From Candidatus Scatovivens sp. (lineage in GTDB: Bacteria > Bacillota > Clostridia > TANB77 > CAG-508): a DNA stretch of 64,000 nucleotides. Position numbers and translations under genes: made by a program. Shown here in pieces: positions 51,112 through 61,423 of this stretch; position 1 is the first letter of the stretch, and each line of letters begins with the position of its first letter. The notes beneath the pieces were generated by a model. The model saw nothing but the letters and a program-made list of their open reading frames with translations, was not told the origin of the DNA and did not search any database. The DNA lies in NCBI GenBank assembly GCA_045646345.1, contig JAZRKN010000003.1, forward strand, positions 2,898 to 66,897. The letters are read 5' to 3'.

Positions 51112-52455
51112 TTATCTTGTTTCTTCTTTTGAGAAAAAGTCATACTTTCTTCCAAATACTTTGTCAGCATTTTGAAAAGTTGTTCTATTGTATGTATAGT
51201 CATTCTGCATTCCGTCATAAACATCTGCAAGTGCTAATTTAGGTGTAAATGTGGTAAATTTTTTTGGCGTAAAAATTTCTATAATTTCATTTTCCAAAGC
51301 TCTCGCGCCCTCTTTAAATATATCTACCGCATTATTTATAAAATTAACACATGTTCCTAATATACTTCCTTTTTTAGCAAATCTTTCTGCCCAAAACGGA
51401 TCATTAAACTCTATATTTCTAGCATCTTTAATTCGGATCATTCTTTCAAAAATCCAATCAGCAGCTGCAAAAATTTCTGTAGTTATACGTTCTGGAACAA
51501 ATTTATCAATAGCTTTTGAAAAAGAACTCAATCCTTTCGAAACAATATCTTGCTTTCCTCTTTTAGCATTACCTTTATCATCAAAAAGTAAACTTTTTGT
51601 ATCATGTCTTGTTATTACTTTATATTTTATTCTTTCTTTTGGATTATCCTTGTATAATTCATCATTAATATCCAAAAACTCTGATTCTTCTCCTGGAATA
51701 TCAAAAAGCAATGTTCCTACAGCACTCCATTTGTATCTTTTAAGTTTTGGCGCAGCTTTTTTTATCTTTTCTTCATGTTCTGATATATATTCATCAGAAA
51801 CTCCTGGGCCATCAAAATTAATAGATTGATGTATTTTATTAAAAAGAGCTTCTTTTCCGTTCTGCGCAGCAGAAACTGTAAAATGAGAGGCTAAGTTTCC
51901 TCCTAAAGAATGTCCTGTAACCGCTAGAAAATTATATTTATCAATAATTCCTTTCTCTAACAAATATTCTCCATATTTTTCTGCTTCTTCTTGTTGTCTA
52001 GTTTCTCTTGAATTCAAAAGGCCAAAATCAGCCCTTGCCCAGTCATTTACTGCATTAGAAAAGTCGCGCATATTCTCACTTCCTCTGAAAGCTATTATTG
52101 CATTTTTTTCGGAAGTTTCAATGCAGCAAGAAACAAATCCATTTAAAGAATTCAAATCTGTAATATTTGCAATTTTCCAGTCGAACATTTCTGGTGAAAA
52201 TCTTTCAATGATAGATTTGTCGGAATCGCTCAAATCAGAATATTTAACTAATTCTTGTATTGTAATGTCACTTTTGTCTAATCCATCTTGAATAGCTTCG
52301 TAAAAAGCTATTTGTGTATTTATACGTTCTTGTATTAAATTTCTTAATGTATATGGTCCTTTTTTTCCATCAGCTTTTAAATTTTCAGCACTTCTTGATA
52401 AGAAACTCAAATATACTATTTGAGTTGCCTCCTTTAATTCTTTATCAGTATACAA
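51112..52455 (-). CDS. Class-3 lipase-like alpha/beta hydrolase
   Basis: IIAFRGSE… and nucleophile elbow VTGHSLGGNLA. Confidence 0.6.
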   Translation of the reverse strand: MYTDKELKEATQIVYLSFLSRSAENLKADGKKGPYTLRNLIQERINTQIAFYEAIQDGLDKSDITIQELVKYSDLSDSDKSIIERFSPEMFDWKIANITDLNSLNGFVSCCIETSEKNAIIAFRGSENMRDFSNAVNDWARADFGLLNSRETRQQEEAEKYGEYLLEKGIIDKYNFLAVTGHSLGGNLASHFTVSAAQNGKEALFNKIHQSINFDGPGVSDEYISEHEEKIKKAAPKLKRYKWSAVGTLLFDIPGEESEFLDINDELYKDNPKERIKYKVITRHDTKSLLFDDKGNAKRGKQDIVSKGLSSFSKAIDKFVPERITTEIFAAADWIFERMIRIKDARNIEFNDPFWAERFAKKGSILGTCVNFINNAVDIFKEGARALENEIIEIFTPKKFTTFTPKLALADVYDGMQNDYTYNRTTFQNADKVFGRKYDFFSKEETR

Positions 52456-52469
52456 TTTTTCTCTCCTTA

Positions 52470-53123
52470 TTATTTTATAACGATTATATTTTTTTCAAAA
52501 ATTTTAATTATTTTTTCGTTCTTTACATTATATTTATTTATAATTGTTTCCGTTACTGATGGTATTTTATTTGATAGTTCATAAAACTCTTCAAATTTGC
52601 TTTCATCAATAAAATATATTAATGTTCTTAGATTTATGTTGTTGTATAGCTTTTCAATTTCTACATAAATATCCCTTAAATCCTGATCTAAAACATTTTC
52701 AGAACAAACTATATAAGCTAAAAAGTTAGTATCTTTATATTTATCTATAAAATCTAATACATCCATATTTTCATTTAATCGATTCAATCCCATTAATTCT
52801 GCTTTTACAACAACACTTTGAGTATATTTTTTAAATTGTTTTTTAATATTTTCTTGTATCTCTGTTGTAAGTTTTTTTATATAATAATCATCTTCTAATA
52901 TCGTTTCTTCTTTATTTAATGTTGCAGTAAACAATAAGCTCTCATCATTTTTGGGAAAACAAAATGTAGTTACTGTATCATCTGTACTTGTTCCAAATCT
53001 GTTCCCTATCAATTTCACACAAAATTCTTCATTATATTTATCTTTTAATTTATCAGTAATAGACTTACTTATCTCACTATTACTAACACCATTTTCTACT
53101 ATATCAAATATAGATACATCCAT
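52470..53123 (-). CDS. Hypothetical protein
   Basis: 217-aa ORF with a 14-nt gap to the downstream gene. Confidence 0.4.
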   Translation of the reverse strand: MDVSIFDIVENGVSNSEISKSITDKLKDKYNEEFCVKLIGNRFGTSTDDTVTTFCFPKNDESLLFTATLNKEETILEDDYYIKKLTTEIQENIKKQFKKYTQSVVVKAELMGLNRLNENMDVLDFIDKYKDTNFLAYIVCSENVLDQDLRDIYVEIEKLYNNINLRTLIYFIDESKFEEFYELSNKIPSVTETIINKYNVKNEKIIKIFEKNIIVIK

Positions 53124-53136
53124 AATTTTACCTTTA

Positions 53137-53604
53137 TTAACTCCTTTTTCTTAATCCTTTTATAAAATTCAAAAGTTTTGTAAAAATAGTTTTTTTATTT
53201 TCAAATCTATCAATTTTTGCATTTTCAATAGGTAAATTTTTCTTTTCTGCATTATCTGTATTTTCATCAAAAAGATTATTTGATATTTTTCCAAATTGTA
53301 TGCTTAATTGTTTTTGAAATTTTATTTCATTTTCATTCAATTTATCATAAAATTCTTTTTTATCATTTTCATTTTCACACCAATAGTTATAAGCAATATA
53401 TAAAATTATCCCTTTAGCATCATCAGATAGTTCTAAATCCTTAAGAGCTTTGGTGTAATCTAAATTACATATATACTCTTTTTCTTCATTTTCGTTTAAA
53501 AATTCCAAAAAATTACTTGGTATTTTTTCCAGATCCTCTTTTCTAATCCCTTTTAGATATACATTTACTTCTCTAATAGCTTTAGCATATTTTATTGAAT
53601 TCAT
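53137..53604 (-). CDS. Hypothetical protein (first gene of the operon)
   Basis: 155-aa ORF. Confidence 0.4.
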   Translation of the reverse strand: MNSIKYAKAIREVNVYLKGIRKEDLEKIPSNFLEFLNENEEKEYICNLDYTKALKDLELSDDAKGIILYIAYNYWCENENDKKEFYDKLNENEIKFQKQLSIQFGKISNNLFDENTDNAEKKNLPIENAKIDRFENKKTIFTKLLNFIKGLRKRS

Positions 53605-53749
53605 TTTTTCTCCTCGTATAATAAATAAAGATTTTATCTTTTCTTTTGTATTTGCTAATCTACCTAAGTATAGATATATCTATTTTTTCATATACAGAAT
53701 TTTAAGTCAATAAAAACAAAATTAAATTAATATATCATTTTATTTACAT

Positions 53750-53806
53750 TTTCATCCCCCAAAAAATAAAAGATAAATATTAGTTTACCTCTAACATTTA
53801 TCTTTT
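53750..53806 (-). terminator. Terminator ending the adhE-kinase-HD-HD unit
   Basis: 10-bp stem aaagataaat/atttatcttt with a T run on the minus strand. Confidence 0.55.
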
Positions 53807-53832
53807 ATAAAAAAACTTAAAATTTAATTATA

Positions 53833-54600
53833 TTATCTTTCTTCTAGTTCATCTACAGTTTTAAATAAATTTTTATAGCTTGTTTCACCAGGTTCTTGTG
53901 CTAATAAATGTTCTCTTGATGAAACATGATTTACTTCGCAATATCTATTTTTAAATTTTTCTCCATCATTCAATAACATTCTCATATCATGTAAAAAGTT
54001 CTCGTATGCCTCATCAGCATAAAACATATTTTCTGGATTTTCTGTTCCATAACGTTTTCTTAATCTTTGAAGCGTAAACTCCAAAAATTCCTCTATTGAT
54101 TTATCTGCCATTTTTCTTTTTCCTACAAAGAAACTTCGTATAAATACCATTTCTATTGTTGTATTTCTATCTGCTGAAGATACCAATTTTCCATAATCAC
54201 TTCTAGGCATATCTTCTAAAGATGAACTGTGGTCTTCTATTGCCTCTTTAATTATTTTTCTATCTTCTTCGTTAAAAAAATTAGCGAATCCTATGTTGTT
54301 TGCAAATCTTCTTGCAGCTATTTTGGCATGTTTTTCACCTGTTTCATGTTCTTCATATTTTCCAACGTCATGAGATGCTGCAATAGTATAAATCATATTT
54401 GGGTCTAATCCTAAATTCAATTCTTTATTTAAAACAAATGATCTTCTAATAACCTCTAAAATATGTAAAATCCCATGTCCTTGATCATTTTTTGAATACT
54501 CTGGAAAAATTTTTTCTTCAACATATTTTTTTAATTCTATACTTACTTCTTTTGTACACTCTTCATAATTTTTTATGCTACTATCTGCAAAATTTCCCAT
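53833..54600 (-). CDS. HD-domain phosphohydrolase (paralog B)
   Basis: HILEVIRRSF…AASHDVGK…SSADRNTT. Confidence 0.6.
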   Translation of the reverse strand: MGNFADSSIKNYEECTKEVSIELKKYVEEKIFPEYSKNDQGHGILHILEVIRRSFVLNKELNLGLDPNMIYTIAASHDVGKYEEHETGEKHAKIAARRFANNIGFANFFNEEDRKIIKEAIEDHSSSLEDMPRSDYGKLVSSADRNTTIEMVFIRSFFVGKRKMADKSIEEFLEFTLQRLRKRYGTENPENMFYADEAYENFLHDMRMLLNDGEKFKNRYCEVNHVSSREHLLAQEPGETSYKNLFKTVDELEER

Positions 54601-54601
54601 A

Positions 54602-55258
54602 TTAATTTACCATACCTTCTAATTTTTTAATATAATTCGCTTGAATTTCACAAAATTCTTTTTCGTCTTTTAATATTTTTCGTATCTTAGTTAAAAACCC
54701 CTCATATTCAGAATCTTTTAAAAAGAATTTTGCATAGCCTCTTTCTCCAAATTTTTCATTCAAATGAAAAAAAGCTCTTTTATATAATTCTATATCAGTT
54801 GCATTCGGATCTAGTCTTTTACCATAGTAATAACTTCTTTCTAAACATTGTTCTACTGTATTATTTCTATCTGCTGATGAAACAATTCTTCCGTATATAC
54901 TTCTTGGTTCATGATCTGATGATGCTCTATGATCTTCAATTGCTTCTTTTATAATTATTCTCTCTTCATCTGAGAAAAACTCTTTAAGTTTTTCATCTTG
55001 ATACATAATTTCTGCCGAAACTAATTCATGCTTTTTAGGATCTATATAATGACCTATATCATGGTAAGATGCTATAACAAAAACAAAATCTTCATTTACA
55101 TTTAAATCATTCTGTTCCAGCAATTCAAAACTTCTTTTTATAACATAGTTAATGTGTCTTATATCATGTGCTTTCTCGTTTTTCTCGTACTGAGGAAATA
55201 TATTGTTTTCAATATATTTTTTCAAAATTTGATTTATTTTATCTGAATATTTTTCCAT
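54602..55258 (-). CDS. HD-domain phosphohydrolase (paralog A)
   Basis: HINYVIKRSF…ASYHDIGH…SSADRNNT. Tandem paralog of 53833-54600, separated by a 1-nt gap. Confidence 0.6.
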   Translation of the reverse strand: MEKYSDKINQILKKYIENNIFPQYEKNEKAHDIRHINYVIKRSFELLEQNDLNVNEDFVFVIASYHDIGHYIDPKKHELVSAEIMYQDEKLKEFFSDEERIIIKEAIEDHRASSDHEPRSIYGRIVSSADRNNTVEQCLERSYYYGKRLDPNATDIELYKRAFFHLNEKFGERGYAKFFLKDSEYEGFLTKIRKILKDEKEFCEIQANYIKKLEGMVN

Positions 55259-55377
55259 ATAAAATCTCCTTTTAAAACAAATTCAAACAGATTATATCAC
55301 GTTAAATATAATATGTCCAATAAAAAACGAACACAATAAAATTTGTGCTCGCCTTTATTTTATTTGATTTATTTATT

Positions 55378-56139
55378 TTATTCGTAATCTAATACATCTA
55401 TCCATTTACTCAAGAATTCTTGCTCTTCTGAAATTCCTTTTGTCATTTGAGTTGCTGCAACAATCGGAATCCATCTTTGAATATGGTTCTTTTCAATTCC
55501 GCTTTTTTCAGCAAATAAATTCAAGTATTTTTCTGCTAAAGCATCTTTCCCTTGAATTGAGAATAATAAGAATGTTCTAGCTGCATCTGCAGAAGCATTT
55601 CCTTGAGTTGCGTGTGACCAGTCTATAACAGAATATTCTCCTTTTTCATTAATAATTATATTACTTGGATTGTAATCGCCATGACAAAGTTTTGTATGAT
55701 CTTTCATACCCTCTAATCTTTGTAGTAATTCATATCTAACGTTTTCGTTAAATAGATTTGAATTCTTAATTTTTCTTCTAAATTTATCTTTTATTGGGTT
55801 TAGAAGTGGAACATGTTTAGATAATATTGTAAGTTGAATATCTACAAAAAGATTTAAATATTCATCTTCTTTTTCTGGATTTTGAACCATTAAAATATCA
55901 AGTGGAGTTCCATTAATATGTTCTGAAACTAAAGCCCATCTATTATTAATTTTTGTTACAGCCAAAAGTTTTGGCATATAAAGGTCTGTTCCTTCTTCTA
56001 CTCTAGCTTGATTTAAAGCTTCATTTAAAATATCAGCTTTTGAATAATTTTCAACAAATAGCTTTATTGTTTTACCATTGTCATTATAAACTTCTTTTGT
56101 GCTTCTTTTAGCAATTAGGTTATTTAAATTATATTCCAT
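55378..56139 (-). CDS. Small-molecule kinase of the APH/choline-kinase-like phosphotransferase fold
   Basis: Brenner motif LCHGDYNPSNIII and IDWSHA. The start overlaps the adhE stop (TAATG). Confidence 0.55.
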   Translation of the reverse strand: MEYNLNNLIAKRSTKEVYNDNGKTIKLFVENYSKADILNEALNQARVEEGTDLYMPKLLAVTKINNRWALVSEHINGTPLDILMVQNPEKEDEYLNLFVDIQLTILSKHVPLLNPIKDKFRRKIKNSNLFNENVRYELLQRLEGMKDHTKLCHGDYNPSNIIINEKGEYSVIDWSHATQGNASADAARTFLLFSIQGKDALAEKYLNLFAEKSGIEKNHIQRWIPIVAATQMTKGISEEQEFLSKWIDVLDYE

Positions 56140-58748
56140 TATTCATTACCTCCATAATATGCTCTTAAATACATTTCTTTCATCTCGCTCATTAAAGGAT
56201 ATCTTGGATTTGCTCCTGTGCATTGGTCATCAAATGCTTGTTCAACCATTTCATCAAGCCTATTTAAGAAATCTTGTTCATCAATTCCATATTCTTTGAT
56301 TGATTTTTTAATTCCAATTTTTTCTTTTAATTCATCTATTTTTTGAATTAATGCATTTAATTTTTCTTCATCGTTAGCTCCTGTAAGTCCTAAACTTTCA
56401 GCAACTTCAGCATATCTTCTTAATGTATGAGGATGATCATATTGTGAGAATGTTCCCATCTTTGTTGGAACTTCTTCTGCATTAAATTTAATTACTTCAT
56501 TAATTAATAATGCATTTGCTACACCATGAGGTAAGTGATGGAAAGCACCTAATTTATGAGCCATTGAGTGACAAATTCCTAAAAATGCATTAGCAAAAGC
56601 CATACCAGCCATTGTTGCTGCATTTGCCATTTTTTCTCTAGCAATTGGATCGTTCGCTCCATTATCATATGCTCTTGGAAGATATTCAAATATATTCTTT
56701 AACGCTTCTTTTGCTAAACCATCTGTATATTCTGTTGCTAACATTGATGCTAAAGCTTCTAAAGCATGTGTTACAGCGTCTATACCTGAAGCTGATGTTA
56801 ATCCTTTTGGTGCATTCATCATTAAGTTAGCATCAACAATTGCCATATTTGGCATTAATTCATAATCTGCTAACGGATATTTTGTTCCAGTTTGTTCATC
56901 TGTAATAACAGCAAATGGTGTTACTTCTGATCCAGTACCAGCAGATGTTGGAACTGCAATAAAGTATGCTTTCTCACCCATCTTAGGGAATCCATATACT
57001 CTTTTTCTGATATCCATAAATCTCATAGCCATGTCCATGAAATCTACTTCTGGGTGTTCGTACATAACCCACATAATTTTTGCTGCATCCATTGGTGAAC
57101 CACCACCTATTGCTAAGATACAATCTGGTTTAAAATCATTCATCATTTTTGTACCTTCTTTAGCACAAGCTAGTGTTGGATCTGGTTCTACATTAAAGAA
57201 TGTAGTGTGGGCAATTCCCATTTCATCTAATTTTTTAGTTACTTCTGATGTATATCCATTTTCATATAAGAATCTATCTGTTACAATAAATACTCTTCTT
57301 TTATTTAATACATTTTTTAGCTCATCTAAAGCTACTGGTAAACAACCTCTTTTAATATAAACCTTTTCAGGTGCTCTAAACCAAAGCATATTTTCTCTCC
57401 TCTCAGCTATTGTTTTGATATTGATTAAATGTTTAACTCCAACGTTTTCAGAAATAGAGTTATTTCCCCATGTTCCGCATCCTAAAGTTAATGATGGAGC
57501 TAATTTAAAGTTGTAAATATCACCAATACCACCTTGAGCTGATGGTGTATTTATAACAACTCTACAAGTTTTCATTTTATTATAAAACTTTTCCATTTTT
57601 TCTTGTTCAGTAATTGTATTAATATAAATTGAAGAAGTGTGTCCTATACCACCATCTAATACTAATCTATGGGCTTTTTCTACTGCATCATCAAAATCTT
57701 TTGCTCGATACATTGCTAAAACTGGAGATAATTTTTCATGTGCAAATTCTTCTTCAATTTCTACTGATTCAACTTCACCTATTAATATTTTTGTATTTTC
57801 TGGAACTTCAACATCAGCTAGCTTTGCAATTGTATGTGCTTTTTGTCCAACTATTTTTGCATTTAGTGCTCCATTTATTATGATTGTTTTTCTTACTTTT
57901 TCTGTTTCTTCAGGATTTAATATATAACATCCTCTTTTTATAAACTCATCTCTTACTTTGTCATAAATACTATCTAATATGATTACTGATTGTTCAGAAG
58001 CACAAATCATACCATTATCAAATGTTTTTGAGTGTATAATTGAGTTTACTGCCAAAATAATATCTGCAGAATCATCTATAACTGCAGGAACATTTCCAGC
58101 ACCAACTCCTAATGCAGGTTTCCCACTAGAATAAGCAGATTTAACCATACCAGGTCCACCTGTAGCTAAAATAATATCTGCTGATTGCATTAGAATATTT
58201 GTAAGTTCTAGTGATGGTACATCAATCCAAGCAATAATTCCTTCTGGAGCTCCTGCTTTTACAGCTGCTTCTAAAACAATTTTTGCTGCTGCTATTGTAG
58301 AATTTTTTGCTCTAGGGTGTGGACTTATAATAATACCATTTCTTGTTTTTAAAGATATCAATGTTTTAAATATAGCTGTTGATGTTGGGTTTGTTGTTGG
58401 AATAACCGCAGCAATTACACCAATTGGTTCAGCTATCTTTTTAATTCCATAAGCTTTATCTTCTTCAAGAACACCGCATGTTTTGGTGTCTTTATAAGCA
58501 TTGTAGATATATTCTGCTGCATAATGATTTTTTATAACTTTGTCTTCTACAACTCCCATTCCTGTTTCTTCTACTGCCATTTTTGCAAGAGGTATTCTTG
58601 CCGCATTTGCTGCCATTGCAGCAGCTTTAAAGATTTCATCTACCTTTTCTTGAGAAAATTTAGCGAATTCTTCTTGGGCTTTTTTTACATTATCAAAAGC
58701 CACTTTAAAACTTTCCACGCTGTCTACACATTTATAAGTTTCTCTCAT
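56139..58748 (-). CDS. adhE: Bifunctional aldehyde/alcohol dehydrogenase
   Basis: 869 aa. N-terminal ALDH domain plus a C-terminal Fe-ADH domain. Confidence 0.92.
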   Translation of the reverse strand: MRETYKCVDSVESFKVAFDNVKKAQEEFAKFSQEKVDEIFKAAAMAANAARIPLAKMAVEETGMGVVEDKVIKNHYAAEYIYNAYKDTKTCGVLEEDKAYGIKKIAEPIGVIAAVIPTTNPTSTAIFKTLISLKTRNGIIISPHPRAKNSTIAAAKIVLEAAVKAGAPEGIIAWIDVPSLELTNILMQSADIILATGGPGMVKSAYSSGKPALGVGAGNVPAVIDDSADIILAVNSIIHSKTFDNGMICASEQSVIILDSIYDKVRDEFIKRGCYILNPEETEKVRKTIIINGALNAKIVGQKAHTIAKLADVEVPENTKILIGEVESVEIEEEFAHEKLSPVLAMYRAKDFDDAVEKAHRLVLDGGIGHTSSIYINTITEQEKMEKFYNKMKTCRVVINTPSAQGGIGDIYNFKLAPSLTLGCGTWGNNSISENVGVKHLINIKTIAERRENMLWFRAPEKVYIKRGCLPVALDELKNVLNKRRVFIVTDRFLYENGYTSEVTKKLDEMGIAHTTFFNVEPDPTLACAKEGTKMMNDFKPDCILAIGGGSPMDAAKIMWVMYEHPEVDFMDMAMRFMDIRKRVYGFPKMGEKAYFIAVPTSAGTGSEVTPFAVITDEQTGTKYPLADYELMPNMAIVDANLMMNAPKGLTSASGIDAVTHALEALASMLATEYTDGLAKEALKNIFEYLPRAYDNGANDPIAREKMANAATMAGMAFANAFLGICHSMAHKLGAFHHLPHGVANALLINEVIKFNAEEVPTKMGTFSQYDHPHTLRRYAEVAESLGLTGANDEEKLNALIQKIDELKEKIGIKKSIKEYGIDEQDFLNRLDEMVEQAFDDQCTGANPRYPLMSEMKEMYLRAYYGGNE

Positions 58749-58794
58749 ATTGTTCTTTCCTCCTATATATATAAATTTATAATAAACTAATTAA

Positions 58795-59403
58795 TTATTT
58801 TTTCTTGTTCATTTGTCTAACAAGAATCGATAAAGATGCCGACAAATCTTCATTTTTAATAGTTATATTTTCTGGTACTTGAAGATTAACAGGCGCAAAA
58901 TTCCAGATAGCTTCAATTCCAGCTTCAATCATCTTATCACATACTTCTTGCGCAAATTCTTTTGGAACAGTAATTATGCCAATATGAATGTTGGCATCTT
59001 TTAATTGTTCTTTCATTTTGCTAATATGATAAATTTTTTTGTTGTCACATTTTGATTTATCGTTATCAAAAGCCATTGCAATTCCTACACTGTTTTCAAA
59101 ACCATTATAATTCATTAGCGCTTGACCTAATCTACCAGCTCCTACTATAATAGCATTTTTTGTATTATTTAAATCTAAAAACACTTCTATATCATTTATT
59201 AATTCATTTAAATCGAAACCAATTCCTGGTTTACCATCATTTTTGCTTACCAATGCCAAATCTTTTCTAACTTGAATCGGATTTAATTTTAATTCATTTG
59301 CGATTGTTGTAGAAGAAATATTAACATTATTTTCTTGTTGTTTTGTTTTTAATATCCTCAAATATTGAGGTAATCTTTTTAATGTTGCTATAGAAATAGA
59401 CAT
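58795..59403 (-). CDS. rex: Redox-sensing transcriptional repressor Rex
   Basis: N-terminal winged helix and a Rossmann fold GAGRLGQAL. Confidence 0.85.
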   Translation of the reverse strand: MSISIATLKRLPQYLRILKTKQQENNVNISSTTIANELKLNPIQVRKDLALVSKNDGKPGIGFDLNELINDIEVFLDLNNTKNAIIVGAGRLGQALMNYNGFENSVGIAMAFDNDKSKCDNKKIYHISKMKEQLKDANIHIGIITVPKEFAQEVCDKMIEAGIEAIWNFAPVNLQVPENITIKNEDLSASLSILVRQMNKKK

Positions 59404-59528
59404 TTCATTCTCCTTATCGATATTTTTTTATCGAATGTATTTTATCATTACTAACTTTTAAAATCAATAGTATTATTATATTTTTTTCATAATTTAAAAA
59501 ATTATTTATAAATAAAAGTCATTTTAAA

Positions 59529-59575
59529 AGAGCATATTCAATATATTCTTATGAAATATGCTCTTTTTTCTTAAA
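59529..59575. terminator. Terminator
   Basis: 10-bp stem agagcatatt/aatatgctct with a T6 run. Confidence 0.55.
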
Positions 59576-59580
59576 TTATT

Positions 59581-60792
59581 TTACAAATAATTTTTAATAT
59601 ATACAACTGGTGTTTGACGATCTCCACTTCCCGTTGTAAGATCTGCTAAAGAAGCAACTAAGTCTGTTATTTGTCTCGGTGTTGTTCCTAATGAATTTTC
59701 TGTTTCTAAATCATTTGTATTTTTTCTTTTCTCGCTTTCTTCTTTTACTATTTTTTCTATTTCTTCTGCTGTCTTTCCTTCATTTGCACTTGCAATAAAT
59801 TTTAATTTTACTTCCTTTGGTGTACCTCTAAGACCACTTGTAGCACCTAAAGTTGTTTGAGGATCAGCAAGTTCCCAAATCCCGCCAACAGGATCTTTAA
59901 AAGCTCCGTCTCCATACACCATTACTTCTACACTTTTATTATATTTGTCTTTTATTTTATTTTGAATTTCTTCTACAAATTTTTGGCAATTTCTCGGCAT
60001 TAATTTTAATCTACCACCAGACATCAAATTGCTTCCATAAACTCCAAAATCTTTATTATATCCTGAACCATTTATTGATTCTGTCATAATTTCTGACATA
60101 TCAAATATCCTATTGGCTCCTGCTTTTTCTAATATTTTTCTAGTTTGAGCTCGTCTATGAATAGAACAAATTAAAAAATCATCACATCCTGTTATTTCTT
60201 TTATTTGAGAAAAATCATTCCCTAATATTATTTCTATTTTTTCTTTCACTTCTCCTGTATTTTTATCTATAACTTTTCCTACATTCATATATTCTTCAAT
60301 ATAATTTTTTCCAGTAAATTCATGTTTTGGAACCCCTAATTTAGAATAAAACTCTTGGACAGATAGCATATCTTTATAAGGATTTACTCCGCTTTCCATA
60401 ATTGCAAGTTCTGACACGAATCTGTTTCCTACTTCATCTGTAGGATACGTCATTACTACATAAATTTTTTCCAAAGTTTTTGTAGCAACAATAGCTCTTA
60501 AAACATCAATAAATCTATTTCTACTTTGGATTGGATCAACCACAACTAAAGTTTTAGCACCTTCGTATTTTCTTTCAATATCTCTACTAATATCTTCGTG
60601 TTTTACGAAATTTGATTGACTGATTGCAACAACAGCTTCAGTTACACAAATAATATCACCATCATCAAATTCTCCTTTGTTAACTCTTTCGATTGAAGAT
60701 ATAACGATATCTTGTAAATTGTCTCCTGGCATAATAAGTGGAGTTCTGATTCCCCTTGAAATTACTCCTTCACGAACTGTTTTGTTACTCAT
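59581..60792 (-). CDS. CofE/FbiB-like gamma-glutamyl ligase family protein
   Basis: C-terminal LGTTPRQITDLVASLADLTTGSGDRQTPVVYI. Confidence 0.5.
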   Translation of the reverse strand: MSNKTVREGVISRGIRTPLIMPGDNLQDIVISSIERVNKGEFDDGDIICVTEAVVAISQSNFVKHEDISRDIERKYEGAKTLVVVDPIQSRNRFIDVLRAIVATKTLEKIYVVMTYPTDEVGNRFVSELAIMESGVNPYKDMLSVQEFYSKLGVPKHEFTGKNYIEEYMNVGKVIDKNTGEVKEKIEIILGNDFSQIKEITGCDDFLICSIHRRAQTRKILEKAGANRIFDMSEIMTESINGSGYNKDFGVYGSNLMSGGRLKLMPRNCQKFVEEIQNKIKDKYNKSVEVMVYGDGAFKDPVGGIWELADPQTTLGATSGLRGTPKEVKLKFIASANEGKTAEEIEKIVKEESEKRKNTNDLETENSLGTTPRQITDLVASLADLTTGSGDRQTPVVYIKNYL

Positions 60793-60909
60793 TTAAACAT
60801 TCCTCCTAAATCTAATAAATACTTTATATATAACAAATATTATTAAAATATTTGTAAATACCGTTTTACAACAAAAAATGTCTTAGTTTGCACTAAGACA
60901 TTTGATATT

Positions 60910-61233
60910 TTATGATACAACTGTAGTATCTGTATTATTTTCTTCATTTATTATTTCTGCTGCAGTTTCACTTGTAGTTACTTTACTTTGCCCAAAAGAG
61001 AAAGATTTTTTTGCACTTCTTTCTTTTACTTCGAATTTTTTGTAAAATTCTTCCTTTGCGTTATCTAATGTTTCTTGCATTGCTGCAAACATTTCTTCTA
61101 CATCTTCTTTTGTAAAATCGTAAGAATTGCTTCTTGCCATTGGTTCTAGTATTTGGATGTCATGCATTACATTGTTTACTCTTTTTCCTGCATTTTCCAT
61201 AAACTTTTGTCTTTTTTCTTCGTTAATTTCCAT
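60910..61233 (-). CDS. Hypothetical small protein
   Basis: Start at MEINEEK with SD aaggaga. 107 aa. Confidence 0.4.
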   Translation of the reverse strand: MEINEEKRQKFMENAGKRVNNVMHDIQILEPMARSNSYDFTKEDVEEMFAAMQETLDNAKEEFYKKFEVKERSAKKSFSFGQSKVTTSETAAEIINEENNTDTTVVS

Positions 61234-61423
61234 TTTTATCTCCTTATCCATTGTAATTTTACTACACACGAAATATATCACACTTTATTTAAAAAAGGAA
61301 GTTTTTTTACTAAATTATTTATTAATTTTTTGTTAAATAATCACTTAAAAATCTTATTAAAATTTAATATAATTGAAATATACATCCATTTATCTCTATG
61401 TTATAATTTATTCGGAGGCACAA

